64,000 nucleotides of DNA from Tubulanus polymorphus (taxonomy: Eukaryota > Animalia > Nemertea), in contig NC_134033.1 in NCBI RefSeq assembly GCF_964204645.1, positions 8,502,655 through 8,566,654 on the forward strand, read 5' to 3'. Below are positions 1-12,839 of the stretch, piece by piece (the stretch's first letter is position 1; each line of letters starts with the position of its first letter). The position numbers and the translations under genes are program-made. The notes below the pieces were generated by a model. It saw only the letters and a program-made list of their open reading frames with translations. It was not told the DNA's origin and did not search any database.

Positions 1-239
1 TTGAGATAAATTTATTCAGATGTTTTTAGGTGGTAATTAGTGCGGAAACATGGCCGACCCGTCGGTTTGAATCGAGGAAATCGGCTCCAAATTATCCGAA
101 TTTTGGCTTGGAAAAATTTTTTTTTTTTTGTCAAAAGTAGTTTATTTTGACTCTACAGACCTCCCTGATAATAAATATGCTGAAATAAAAACTTTTGGGA
201 GGAGGGTACGAAAGTGCAATAGCGCCGAAAATATATGTA

Positions 240-2029
240 TTTAAATTGTCATAAATCTGATGTACCCTTACGCCCCATTATTTCTAATTGTGGATCACCC
301 TCGTATTTTCTCTCGAAATCGCTTGCTAAAATGTTATCCCCTGTCGTTTTTCTAATTCTCATATTAAACATAACTCTGACTTGCTAGACAGATTTCGGTC
401 CATCTTTCCTAACGGTGACAAATTCATCTCATTTGATGTTGTTTCATTGTTTACTAATATCCCTTTAGAGGCTACTTTTGATTTCATTCAACCCAAACTT
501 CCGGGACTCCACCTCGATTTCCCCATTTCCGTTGAATGTCTCATTGATTTACTTGAACTGTGTTCCAAAAATATGTATTTTCATTTTGAAGGGAATTTCT
601 TTCAACAGATTTTTGGATTTGCCATGGGGAATCCCCTCTCTCCTATTTTAGCCAATTTATTTTTGGAACATGTTGAAACTGAAATTTTGCCTTTGTATAC
701 AGATATCCCTCCTAAAGCTTGGTTTCGTTATGTTGACGATGTTCTCTGCTTGGTTTCTGATAAATTTAACCTTCACTTATTTTCAGAGTTCTTAAATTCA
801 CGTTACCCTAGCCTTAAGTTCACATTTGAATGGGAATCTAATAGTGTGATTCCTTTCCTGGATGTTCTTATACACAATTGTTTTGATCGTCTCCGTTTTT
901 CAGTTTATCGGAAACCCACCCACTCTAATTCATATTTGCATTTCTTTTCCTTCACTAGTTTTAATATCAAGTTGTCTGTAGCCCAAGGGTTGTTTCTACG
1001 GGCTCTTAGAATTTGTGACCGTAAATTTATTGCAGGGATGAGAATTCTCCACGGTTTCCCGCGGATTTCCGTATTGAAAAATATCAATTTTCCAAATAGT
1101 CCAAAAATGATGTAAAAGTATTGGGGGGGGCGATTATCTCACTCAATCGGTAATCAGGTGAACCATAAAAGCATTCAGTGCCTGTTTTACTTATCGTCAC
1201 GTAAAAGTATCGCATTTCAATGCATATTCATTGCAACACAGTGATTTTGTATCTACATTTGTACTACGATGAGTATTTTATCGATCGGTTGCAGATATGT
1301 GCGCGCGGCAACAGTAGTAATGTACATAGGCCTACTTACTGTTGCCGCACGTGTGTGGATAACGCCTTCAGATATTATACACTACTGGGTGATGATTTTT
1401 AGTGAGCATTCATCGGCGCATTTTAACTGCAATAATTCAGGGCTCGACCCGTAATGCATGAGATGCTGAATGTAATCGAATGAGGATGTACCACATTGGA
1501 ACTAGCCATTAGCTTCCAAAATATAATAGTCATTCATGGGTTCAAGATCGCTCTAAGTGCTCGGAAAACGCATTTAATTTCTAAAATTTTTAATAAAAAC
1601 CCACTCTCAATGCGCTTAACACTGATATCATATTCAAGTATAATAACAAAATCTCGAGTCATTTATCCAAAAATAATACTCTGCCCAATACTCATGCGGG
1701 TGTTTATAAAATCCCTTGCTCAGATTGTGATAAATTTTATATAGGTGAAACTGGTCGCTCCCTCAGCATTCGTATTAAAGAGCTTAAGAAAGATATTATT
1801 AATCAAAAACCCCAAAGTGCTGTGGCTACCCACGTTTGGGATACCAATGGTCATCAATTTGATTTTGATAATTCTCGTATAATTTTTCCGTTTTACAGTA
1901 TTACCCGACGTCACATAGTTGAGTCGGCTTTAATAAATTCCCATTCAAATTCCTGTGTCAATAGTAACCTTGGTTTCTCCCTTCATAATAAACTTTTGTC
2001 CCTATACATTTCCTCTCTGGTTAATATTA
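240..2029 (+). mobile_element. Penelope-like retroelement (RT + GIY-YIG endonuclease), disrupted
   Basis: KCHKSDVPLRPIISNCGSP (~243) is frameshifted into ORF 381..1032 (SFDVVSLFTNIP, MGNPLSP, RYVDD, YRKPTHS). After an insertion (1033-~1570) the GIY-YIG domain resumes: AGVYKIPCSDCDKFYIGETGR...VESALI (~1640-2029). The 3' end is cut by a Helitron. Confidence 0.92.
1033..1570 (+). mobile_element. Truncated hAT-like MITE inserted in the Penelope ORF
   Basis: Begins CAGGGATGAGAAT; the body aligns by eye with the element at 12790-15078 (e.g. aaaaatgatgtaaaagta, aataattcagggctcgac, catgggttcaagatc); right TIR missing. Confidence 0.7.
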
Positions 2030-2662
2030 CCCAGGAAGAAAGCCACTAAATATTTGGATGGATATATGAAAGCTGTGGGTACTGGAGTGTGTAATGGGTA
2101 GTGTAGTGTGATCTGTGTGCATTTGTGGCCAGCACACAGATCACATTGTTCATTGGGGTTTAGTCCAGGACTCGCGAGATTTTCAACAACACGGAAGTAA
2201 CGTGTAATAAATGATGACTTGAATTGCATGACTACCTACCACCCCTCATTATTGTTGGAAAAGTAAACGTTCCGCACTGACTAAAAATTAGTAATAATAA
2301 TTGATAACATTTTAGAAATGGCCAGAATTTTAACTTCGGTTCTATCTCATTTTTATTTTACAATTGCGATTGGTATAATTTTTTTTTAAACGGCCGTTAA
2401 GGCTTCATGTTTCGTCTGCAATTCACTTCAAATAGTTACGCACATTTCAGTGTTTTTGGCAGCTGTACACTCAATCGGCACCGTTCGTGACTAGCTTCAC
2501 TGCGGAATTATCATTAATTAACATCGCCATATCACATCATCAACTTATGTTGTGCCTTAAAACCCTAACAGCCGAAATAATTGAAATGCACACACGATTT
2601 CTATCATTGAAAATTGAGAGAGTGGCCGTGAAAGGACGTCACAGTGGGGCTGATAAGTCTAG
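2030..2662 (+). mobile_element. Non-autonomous Helitron, copy 1
   Basis: Near-identical to 21484-22160 (-) and 49104-49773 (+); ends CTAG followed by T. Confidence 0.7.
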
Positions 2663-2862
2663 TTTTCATGTGCAATAGTGTGTTTCGTTCTTAATGGTAT
2701 ATATGCTGAAATATCATAATTTCAGTCACTCTTGAGAATGGTTTTTAGGATAAAACCGAAAATTCGAGTTCTTAATAAATTCTTTATAGTTTTGATGTTT
2801 TAAATCTTTTTCGAACTTGTGATTGTGGGACTCATATTTCATGACGTATTTTACCGTGATCA

Positions 2863-3558
2863 ACCGAGATGAAATTAAATATAACATATTTATTTATTCC
2901 TTATTGGTTTTAACAATTGAAATCATGTTATATCACATCCTCCCTCTGCAGGGACTCGAACCTGATGGCATCGCTACACTCAGCCACGGCACGAACCCCT
3001 GCATCAGTAGACCGGGTGCGCAGGTACATGCGCAGCTTTCCGAACGAAAACTGGCGGCACCAATCAGATTGCTCGTTGTATAATCGTTGAGGCAAATTTC
3101 AAGGAAGAACTATAAATGGGAAAACCCGGGCTAAAATAAAACGGGATTTCTGATTGGCTAAAAATCACATCATCTGAACTGCGCATGTATCTGCGCACAC
3201 GGTCAATTATGGCAGGGTTTCGTGCCATGGCAATCTCGATGCCATCAGGTTCAAATCCCTGCTGGGGGAGGATGGTTATATCAGTAATAAATACCTTCTA
3301 GAGTCATATTTTACATATTTTGTCGTATATTTTTGTAGAAAAATAACTTTTAACTTTACCAAGATGAGATCGTCGATCAATCAAATTCAATGAAATTTTA
3401 TTGCTAACCGAGTTTACGTATTTGAAATCAAAATTTTTTGAAATAAAAAAATATGTAAAATATGACTCTAGAAGGCATTTATTACTGATATAACATGATT
3501 TCAAGTGTTAAAATCGATAAGGAATAAATAAATATGCTGTATTTCATTTCATCTCGGT
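2863..3558. repeat. AT-rich foldback (~110-bp inverted arms), left arm interrupted by a MITE
   Basis: 2863-2935 joined to 3284-~3321 is the reverse complement of ~3448-3558 with few mismatches. Confidence 0.8.
2936..3274. mobile_element. MULE-type MITE (long imperfect TIRs, 9-bp TSD)
   Basis: CATCCTCCC...GGGAGGATG with ~100-bp imperfect TIRs; flanked by perfect GTTATATCA; second copy at 12882-13203. Confidence 0.8.
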
Positions 3559-5854
3559 AATAAGGATGACCCTTCAGGTCACGTGATCAAAATGTGTCAT
3601 AATTAGCGTTTTCCACGCTTCAAATTTTCAATCGCTCAAAAAACGTATTCTATTTCCGATATTTTAAGAACATGTTTCGTGTAGAGCATGTCGGTGCGTG
3701 CAAGTTTTGGTAGGCCCTGTATCACTCGGAAAAAGTCATAAACATAATTCAAAGTGCTCATACGCTAAAATTAATAATTTTAACAACTTGAACTCTACTA
3801 CATAATAAAATAAGATACTTTATATATTGTCTTCAATTATTACCTTTAAGGTTTATTTAGTAGTCTTTCGCGGATTTTGACCTAAAGTCGGCAATGCGCT
3901 TCAAATTGTTTACATCTGGGTCACTACCGGCTCCACACCGGCTGCCAGCTGATCAATCAAAACACTTCCTGGTTCATTTTTACCACTCTAAATGTCAATT
4001 TTGCAAGTAAAACACCACTTTCACTCAATAAATTCATACTTTATTGTGAAATCGGCAATATATAAGACGAATAATGGTTAGGCCTACCCAATTTAAAAAC
4101 TTTGAGTATTTTGTACAAGAATCCCAAATTTTGTCTAAATTTTTGCTAAAAAGAAATTTAATTTTTCCAATCTGCTTCACCTTTAGGTAATAAAGTAGTA
4201 ATTTCATATTTTAATATCTCATCTTGAATACTAGGATATCCCTCTGAAAAGCAGTTGTTATTCATTTGTTCATGGTTTTTCAATTCCAGTTGACCCTTTC
4301 ACTAAATAACTGCCGCTACTAGGCCTAAAATACTCACCAACCAATGGTTAATCAAATAGATTCTAGAGGATTATATTATCAATTTTCTTTTTCATTCGAA
4401 TGACTTGCCTAGAAGGAGACCTTTAATTAGATACCAAACATGACATACTTTGTTAAAATTGGCTTTCCAATGAAATATCGACGCAAAAAAAGATGGCCGC
4501 CATTCCTCGAGCCTCAATTTGAGATATCATGATATAGATTTTTCATGGGTAAGTCTGTTAGGGCCTAGGGATCTCTAAAGAAAAACAAAGGCTTTCCCAT
4601 TCATTTCAATTAGATTTAATTTCGGAAAACCATGTAGTAGATCTCTTCAACGCTTTATCCTATTCTTCTGCGGCAAGTGAGTATCTGAAATATAATGATA
4701 TTATTAGTATCTTTTATTTCAGAAGGCTTTAAAAACATAGAACTTATCCAGTAAGATTAGTTATTTCAAATAATAAAGGTCTATAAGGCCATATCGAATC
4801 AACTAAATACATTAAAGATGTAGTTAACTAGATTCAAGATGGCCCCCTTGATACTTACTTTATGGTTACCGTGGTAATCGGTATCACCCTGATGTATGAT
4901 ATCTTCGGTATATTATCTCAAAATTGATATTCCATGTCTTAAGTATCATATATCTTGAGGAATAGACTGTAGTATTGAGTGTTAATGGTTATTGTAGTGG
5001 GTATTAATAAGATAATTAGTATGCAAATTAGCCTAATTTATATATTTGTGCAATTACTTACATGAATCTAAACAAACTTTGTATAGACAACATACTGACC
5101 AAATTTGGTTTTGAACGGATAAAACTTCTGGGAGTTATATCGGTTTTAATTGTTGAATTTAATTCCTTTATCTGGCTAAAAAGAAGCAAATCCTAGACAC
5201 TTCCTGTCTGATACAGAGATACCCCAAACAGAGATACCCCAAATTTCCACCATTTTATTGCTTATAACTTTTGAACCGCCTGACCAATTTTGATTCTGTA
5301 AAGTGCTGTATGCTTATACTATCCCCTTCTTCATTTTAAGCTATTAGAACACACATAGGACACATACAAATTTTCAACATGAAATCCCTACGTATACAGT
5401 TAAATATACACTTCGTAGACTTTATAAACAAAATCAAATATATCTAAAATACCAACAGCATCTAAAAGAGAGACGGTTTAATCTACTGCTTGTAATATAT
5501 ATATTTGAAACTACAATTCAATTCAATGTTATCTTGCACCGCAATAAATCGATAGTTCGGCAGTTGTGATGAATCTGCGGGATGCCTTAACCACCCCTTT
5601 CTGCGAGTTATTCTAATTGAAGTAACTATCGGAATTTTGAGATGCTCCCTTAAACTTTCACTTTCGTCAGCTGCAGGTCAACCAGTTGGGAACACTTTCC
5701 AAAAATTGCGTATTCAGCAAATATCAGCGTTTTTCGTCAATAACGGCAGAATCAGCCACTGGTGGATCATACAGTTTTAAACTGCTTAGGCCTTTGCCAA
5801 TTGAGCCAAAATTGGCAGTTTCTGCAATTATTGGGTCGGTCATGAAAATCGTCA

Positions 5855-8563
5855 TTTTTAGCCCACTTAGGACTTTAGACTCAGCGGGCTATTGCGTTCA
5901 CTTTTCGTCCGTCGTCTGTCTGTAGACGGAATCCAGTTATTTTGGGAAGTTTTGAAGACGCTTCAATGTGTCTTGGTATTTGGGTAACACATGTATCTAA
6001 CCTAGACACATCTTCAGCCCTAAATCTGGCCCTGTCAATCAGATGGCCGACTAGCAACTGTTGTTGTTCATTGGGGTTGGTATTGAGCCAATTCATGTAA
6101 AATGGCGGTACGTTTTTTTATGTGAGCATTTTTTTCATTGGTTCTGGGGTTAAACGACGTATAATCGATGCGATTGAAGACATGACGAACCTACGTCGAT
6201 GACATGGTCAACTTTGTTTAAATTCGACGAAAAACTGTTTTTGGCGGGAAAATTCTTAGCTCTTGCGTATATAATTGCAATGATCTCGATTGGGGGGCAT
6301 CGTCTCTACGAGCGAATGTGATTGGCTGTTTTTGGGATATACGGGGAATTCCGGCGCTACTAAAATAATTATGGGAAAGCCATTAATGGCGAACGTTTCA
6401 TTGGACTGGTGCCAAATATGTGCGAATTTTAAATGCTCATTGCTGGTGAGAATATAATTATTTCACATATCGCCATAGGTATTGTTTCAGTTTAATACCC
6501 GGTGATTGGTGATTGAGATTGAAGTGAAGCGAATGGTCACTACACAAGGTCTCCACTTGCGCAAGAGTGTTAAACATTAGACTGGTGCACACACAAACAC
6601 ACGCTCATACAGACTTCTATATGGTGATGCTGTAACGCTGCTTGGCGCGTGCAAGTTTGGTATGATAACAGGCTAAAAAATCGTCGTAGCAGAAGATGAG
6701 CGCTGTGTTTTCTGTTCGATAGAATGTGTAATAAATTGTAAGTTGTCGTGACCTGAAAATACTAAGCAGCAAACTATAGGTATAGGTCGAGGTCTGAATA
6801 TTGTAGTGGTAAATTCCAGGATTTAAAACGATCTAATACTACGCCCCGGTGTTTTAGCCTCCGCGGCCATACATTGGAAGAGGTTTCGTTCTCAAGACTC
6901 AATATTCAGCCACCCTCAGATGTGTGACATCATATGAATTTTATTTGAATATTTATTCATATTGTGAAAAATATTTTTTTGAAAAAATATAAAATAGTTT
7001 CCCTGCCGCGCCTGCCTGTACCCTACGAAATTTTGGACGTAGACCATAAACAAATGTTTATCGGTCTTATTTGACTACAAAATAATACTGTAAGAAACAT
7101 AGAATACAATATAAACTTCTAGAACTTTGAAGTCACGAATTAATAAGATTTTTCAAGCAATGCCCTTACTCCAAACAACCTCTAGCTTTCAAGGTAAACC
7201 ACGCTTTGCCCATGGGCAATTTATTTATATATTTGAATCCCCCAAGGGCCCATCAGCATTTAAGAAAAATTGGGTCGATCGAACTCAAGATGGCTGTCCT
7301 ATGACCTTTTTAGTGCCCAAAAATGTAAATTGTGGCCCAAATTCTGAGTCCTGTAGCTTCCTACTGGTTTGCCATTTCTCATTGCAATTTGTAATGGGTA
7401 TTCTTTGGAAAGGGAAGTTTTATACCTGAGACAGGTATTTTTGATCAGCCAATTATGGTGCAATTAGCGGCCATCTTGGTGTCATCAGCTCATTCGTATG
7501 TGGGAAAAAGTTTTTCCATATTATATTAATACCTAAGCATAATTTGTTACCACAATCAAAGTTGTAGCCCATAACGTGTTTTATGATTTTGGTGAGTTTC
7601 AAGGTCATTGATTTTTGTATATGGCCATTAGGGGGCGTTGAATACAATAACATTGTATTTCTATATTATATTCTTACCTATGCATATTTTGTTACCACAA
7701 TCAATTGCAAAGTTGTAGCTCATGATATCGTCTATGATTGTGGTGAGTTTTAAGGGCATTAGTTATTCTATGTGGTCACCATGGGGCGTGAAAAATTGGG
7801 TCGATCGGACTCAAGATGGCCGTCCTATGACCTTTTTAGACCTTTTTAGTGCCTAAAAATGTCAATTTTGGCCCGAATTCTGAGTCCTGTAGCTTCCTAC
7901 TGGTTCGCTATTTCTCATTGCAATTTGTGATGGGTATTCTTTGGAAAGGGTTGTTTTATACCTGAGCCAGGTATTTTTGATCGGCCAATTGTGATGCAAT
8001 TGGCGGCCATCTTGGTATCATCAGTACTCATTGGTAGGTGGGAAAAAGTTTTTCCACATTATATTGATACTTAAGCATATTTTGTTACCACAATTAATTG
8101 CAAAGTTGTAGCTCATGACATCATCTATGATTGTGGTGAGTTTTAAGGACATTAGTTATTCTATATGGTCACGGGGGGGCGTTGAATAGTAGAATAACTT
8201 AGTATTTCCTTATCAGATTGGTACCTAGGCATATTTTGTTACCATGTTCAATTGCAAAGTTGTAGTTTATGACATGTTCTCTGATTGTGGTGAGTTTTGA
8301 GGTCATTGGGTTTTGAATATGGTCACCAGGGGGCGTTGAATAGTAGAATACTTAGTGTTTCCGTATTAAATTGGTAATGAGACATATTTCGTTATCACAA
8401 TCAATTACAAAATCGTAGCTGCTGGCATGTTCTATGATTGTGGTGAGGTTCAAGGTCATTGGTTTTTGTATATGGTCACCAGGGGGTGTTGAATATTGAA
8501 ATTGTTTGATTGTTGAGCATTGGAAACCACTTCCCAAGTGGGCATGGTGTCCCTGGACCCCTA
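5855..8563 (+). mobile_element. HINE (Helentron-associated element) family A with ~150-bp internal repeats; interrupted by family B
   Basis: 5' T-run + GCCCACTT subTIR + (gtcc)-type microsatellite; 3' CCAAGTGGGC subTIR + ggtgtccctggacccc hairpin + T. Other copies/fragments at ~17571-18110, 22310-22770, 24745-25925, 44390-44680, 48642-48910 and 49810-50020. Confidence 0.75.
6078..7226 (+). mobile_element. HINE family B copy
   Basis: Highly similar to 34547-35720; ends CAAGGTAAACC subTIR + palindrome TTGCCCATGGGCAA + T-run. Confidence 0.75.
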
Positions 8564-8819
8564 GATTTCAATGAAATGAATTTTTGCGTACTAATAGCCT
8601 ACATGACAAATTTTTTACTTCACACCAGTTTAGCGAGCCACTGGACCATTGGTCCTTTATTACACTTAATCAATATGGTCCGTATTGAAAATCCAAAATA
8701 AATTCAATTCACATCAAATCAATATATTCTCTGGTTTCCGATTTAAAATGTCAAAAACATTAACATAAAACTCGTTTCCAAAGTAAACAAGGTTACTTTT
8801 TGGTACGATAACCACAATC

Positions 8820-8977
8820 AAACGTGGAGAACAGATAATAAGATAACAACCCACAATGCACAAATTAAAGGAATTTTAAAATCGAGAATTTATTTATTCA
8901 AAAAATCTAAAATGAAATACACAAGGTTTCGATCTCACCCTAGAGATCATTGTCAGGTGTGGTCACACCTGACGATG
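8820..8977 (-). mobile_element. Penelope pseudo-LTR fragment with degenerate hammerhead ribozyme core
   Basis: - strand CTGACAA-T-GATCTC(tagggt)GAGATC-GAAAC; a short inverted duplication alongside retains canonical CTGACGA. Confidence 0.5.
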
Positions 8978-9772
8978 TGACCATGATATATGTGACCATG
9001 GCAACATTCACTTAAAAACTTTATTATTTTTTAAAACTTGTCCCATGCTTATTTTTATCATTAATCATGATTAGTAATACATTTGATATATGCTATAATT
9101 TCCCAGAGTTTTTTGGGTTCATATGACGTAATTATTTAGAAAAACATAAATTCTACCACTTTACCTAGCTCAAAAATTTCCATCCTAGCGTCATGTGAAA
9201 TATTCGATATTATGACGTCATTGGGGTAATGCGCAAATTGAACGAGAATGCGCAAAAAAACTTTTAGGGCCTAAGCAAGACTGAAAACTTAGTGAGCTGG
9301 CTGATGAAGCCAGAAATGACAGTGCAAGTTTCAAAATTCTGTGATCCATAAACGGCTGATTCTGCCATTATTGACGAAAAACGTCGATATTTGCGGAATC
9401 CGTCGTTTTTGGAAAGTGTTCCTGACTGTCAACAGACAACACTCCTTCAGTCGACTGGAATAGTCTCAGTGACTATAGTCAACCAACCGACTCAAGAGGG
9501 ATTCCTAACCGCCCTCTGCGCTACTCAGATCAGCGCCTAACATTTATTTATCTGTCTCTCCCATTGCCTGCCAAATCTGGATGTAGCGACGTATTAAAAC
9601 AGAAACTAGAAAGATGACAACTCTGTGGAAACTATTTGAAAGGCCTAATGAAAGAAAGATTTTTGATCATGCAATCTGAAAAGCCCTCAGCACAGTAGGG
9701 TTTTCAGGCATTTCGGTAAAATTTTCTTTACACTGTTGAAACAATTTAAAAGGCCTGAATGAAAGAAGTTAT

Positions 9773-10191
9773 CAGGGATGAGAATTTCTTGCTTTTCGGC
9801 GGTTTCCCGCTATTTTTGTGATGAGAAATTTAAAAAAATGAGCTTTCAAATTTGTCCAGATCCGTTGAGAAATTGATGGGGGGGGGGGGACGGTTTACTG
9901 TGTCTGGCATTATGTTTCAACTCACAAAACTGAGTATTTTTAGCATGCTTGAGGGTACTCAGCCCAAAGATTTTCGTTATGTGCTGCCATCTGGTATTGC
10001 CAATATAAACTACTGTGAAAAAATAACCAGTTCGTGCTGCCTTCTGGAATTGAAACATGACTTTTAGAAATAATGCTGGGGAACCCCCACATTTGATTCG
10101 TGCCTATGTTGCAGTTAAGCTGCAATTCCAGTAATTGAGCAATTTTCAACAAAAGTCCCGCTTTTTTCATAATCCCTGGTTCTCATACCTG
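9773..10191. mobile_element. hAT-like MITE, 5-bp TSD
   Basis: CAGGGATGAGAA ... TTCTCATACCTG, flanked by GTTAT. Confidence 0.65.
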
Positions 10192-11216
10192 GTTATTCTA
10201 GTTCTGTAAATTCCTTCTTAAAGCAATTCACAGAACTAAAATCGGTCACGCAATTGAAATGTTACTTATGAAAATCACATGTCTCAGCAGCATAATATTT
10301 GTTTCGAATGATCAGCAACTTATTGAAACACTGTCAGTTTCGTGGGAAACTTAAACTAGGCCATAACGTATGATACGTTTTGTCAAAAAATTATTTCAAT
10401 GAACCCCAGAAAAAAAATTTTCACTTGGTACTTAAGAAGTCGGGTTACGGCAAACAGACAATTATTTTGGGAAGTAAACTTCATAAAATATCGTCTAGAG
10501 ATTTAATCTTTGTCAGCATTGTCATAAAACACATCTCCTTACATGAGATTGGGATTACCCAACTTTTGTTTTTTGGTAAAAGGTTAGGCCTATCTACAAT
10601 TCCTAGAATTGAATTCACTAAGTAAATTAATGTGAGGATGAATAACTACATCACTTGGTATGGTGAACGGTCACCTTGTAAACATAAATCCCATGGGGTT
10701 GGAAGTGCAGCAGCAAAAGCAGCAGCAATAAGTTACTGAATGACGTTTTTTTTTCTTTGAATATCATGTTTTTGATGAGATTGAAGTAAATTCGTCGGAG
10801 CAACATATGAGAACCTGTCAAAAATCGGCAATCAAAAATTTCTTCCAATGCGCTTGGGGCCTGTCAATCATTCTGAACCATCATCATGACTTGATTAAGC
10901 CATATCTTAATCTGAAATTTTTAATTTGTCATAGTCAACTTACATGCTCTAGCTAAAACTTAAATGAAGAATTATTAGGAGTCATATCTATTTTAAATTA
11001 AATCTTGAAGTGGCAGATCAGCATAAGTTGTACGAAAGATAGAACAATCTGAAATATTGTTCCTGCCAAGCTCTGTTCGTGTGAAAAATACAATGACAGT
11101 GGGATATTATAGGTTTTTGCAAAATTGCATGATTTTCATGAAGAAAGATATAAAGCTACTGGTTCATTGGCAGTCGTGTGCCTGGGCACTCGTTAAAATA
11201 ACCAATTTGCATATTA

Positions 11217-11875
11217 CCTTATTTTCCGGTGTATAAGTCGAGTTTTTGAGACCAAAAATCATGTCCAAAAAACATAGGTCGACGTATGCACCGAATACAC
11301 TTTCAATATCATTTAAACTGCCGATGTTTAAGAGTTCAAGGTAGCCATGATGAAATGGAATATTGATTTATGTTAGGCTACACTCGCATATCAATTAGAA
11401 TTTAGAATAAAATAGTGAAATATTTTCTTATAGTTTGGAAATGGTTCAAAATTAACTGATAAGAAAAAATTAAATTAACAGAATTAACAGAAAAGCGCGA
11501 TCGTAAAGCACTTAATATAGCTGCGCTGCTGTGGCAGCGTGCCAATAATCAATACACAGCAGTCTAATACTAGACTACAGGCGCACAGGGTATCAATGTA
11601 TATATAATACATTCAACACATGGATACAATCAATGAGCACTCGTCCAGTAATTTACTATCAGAAACAACAGATCCCAATGATTAATTTCAAACAGTGGTA
11701 AAGACTCTCAACTACTATGAGAATGACCGTAGCAATGTTTTCAAAAAGTGACATATGTAAACACATGAAGACGGGACTCCACTTATACACCGACTATAGC
11801 CTTAGTACAACTTTATAAACTGAAAATTTGACCTCGACTTATACACCAAGTCGACTTGTACACCGGAAAATACGG
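11217..11875. mobile_element. Tc1/mariner (pogo/Tc2-type) MITE
   Basis: TA|CCTTATTTTCCGGTGTATAAGTCG ... CGACTTGTACACCGGAAAATACGG|TA. Confidence 0.8.
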
Positions 11876-12019
11876 TAGTTATGAAAATTGGACCTCGAAA
11901 GCATAGGACCTTTCGTTCTCTACTCTAAATTGGAAATGAATTCGCTCAGAACTATGAAAATGCACCAACACCTGGCAGTTGAATCGATAAAATGAATAGG
12001 CTTTTCTTGGCTCATTTAG

Positions 12020-12141
12020 ATGGCCCGTCACTTGCCAGGGATCGTTCCCGCCGACAGAGGAAAGATAAAGGCGGACGATTGGCTGCATTGGAGAAATTCA
12101 AACAAGCTAAAGCAGTTGGGCAAAAATGGGCGACACTTGAG
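12020..12141 (+). CDS. POLA1: POLA1 coding exon (first identified; phase 1 start)
   Basis: tttag|AT GGC...CTT GAG|gtaaga; GPSLARDRSRRQRKDKGGRLAALEKFKQAKAVGQKWATLE resembles human [24 protein letters not shown]. Confidence 0.88.
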
Positions 12142-12575
12142 GTAAGAGAAGTGTAGTTTAAGAATCAAATCTTTGTAGGCCTAAAAAATAGAACTGTATG
12201 GAAAAACCCTGTGATGTGGGACAGAGGATGCATGTACTAGGGCAGTGGTCTGTACTGTGAGTCTCATGATATCAGGTTTGAATCCCAGCTGAGTGAGGAA
12301 GTGTCTACAAGGGCAGGGTACGGGGTTTGTACTGTGACAGATTCCAGGATCTCCACCTGTTTAAATCCCTGCGGAAGGAGGATCAGGGTTTTCTAAGATA
12401 GGAGCTTGTGCGGCAAAATCTCATAATATTATCAAATTCTAGATCCTGAATCTAATTGCATTTGATTCCAGTTTTTTTTTTTTGTGGATTGCACAAACTA
12501 TATTGTGAAATATTTAGTTTTTCAAGCAGTTTGGCCTACGCTAATTGATAAGCTTGTAAAGTTATTATTTTACAG

Positions 12576-12669
12576 GTTGAGGAGGACAATGTCTATGATA
12601 TGGTTGACGAAGAGGAATATTCTAAAATTGTACAATCGCGACAAGATGATGATTGGATTGTCGATGACA
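12576..12669 (+). CDS. POLA1: POLA1 coding exon (N-terminal conserved acidic domain)
   Basis: tacag|GTT...GAC A|gtacgt; [31 protein letters not shown]. Confidence 0.96.
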
Positions 12670-12839
12670 GTACGTATTCACACCAGTACAGATGTAGATA
12701 GCTCCATAACCCTTCATTTGGTCTGGTGAATATCTTCCCTTGGCAGTCCATAGTTTGGTTGGGCAAAGGTCTTTCTTCCTCGCTAACCCCAGGGATGAGA
12801 ATTTACCGCTGATTTCGGTAGCCCTACCGGAAAATATAA

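Noticed and set aside
4677-4756. gtgagt...tttcag...gtaaga as POLA1 5' exons
   Set aside because: The 46-nt intron is very short, there is no ATG, no protein similarity, and the context is repeat-like.
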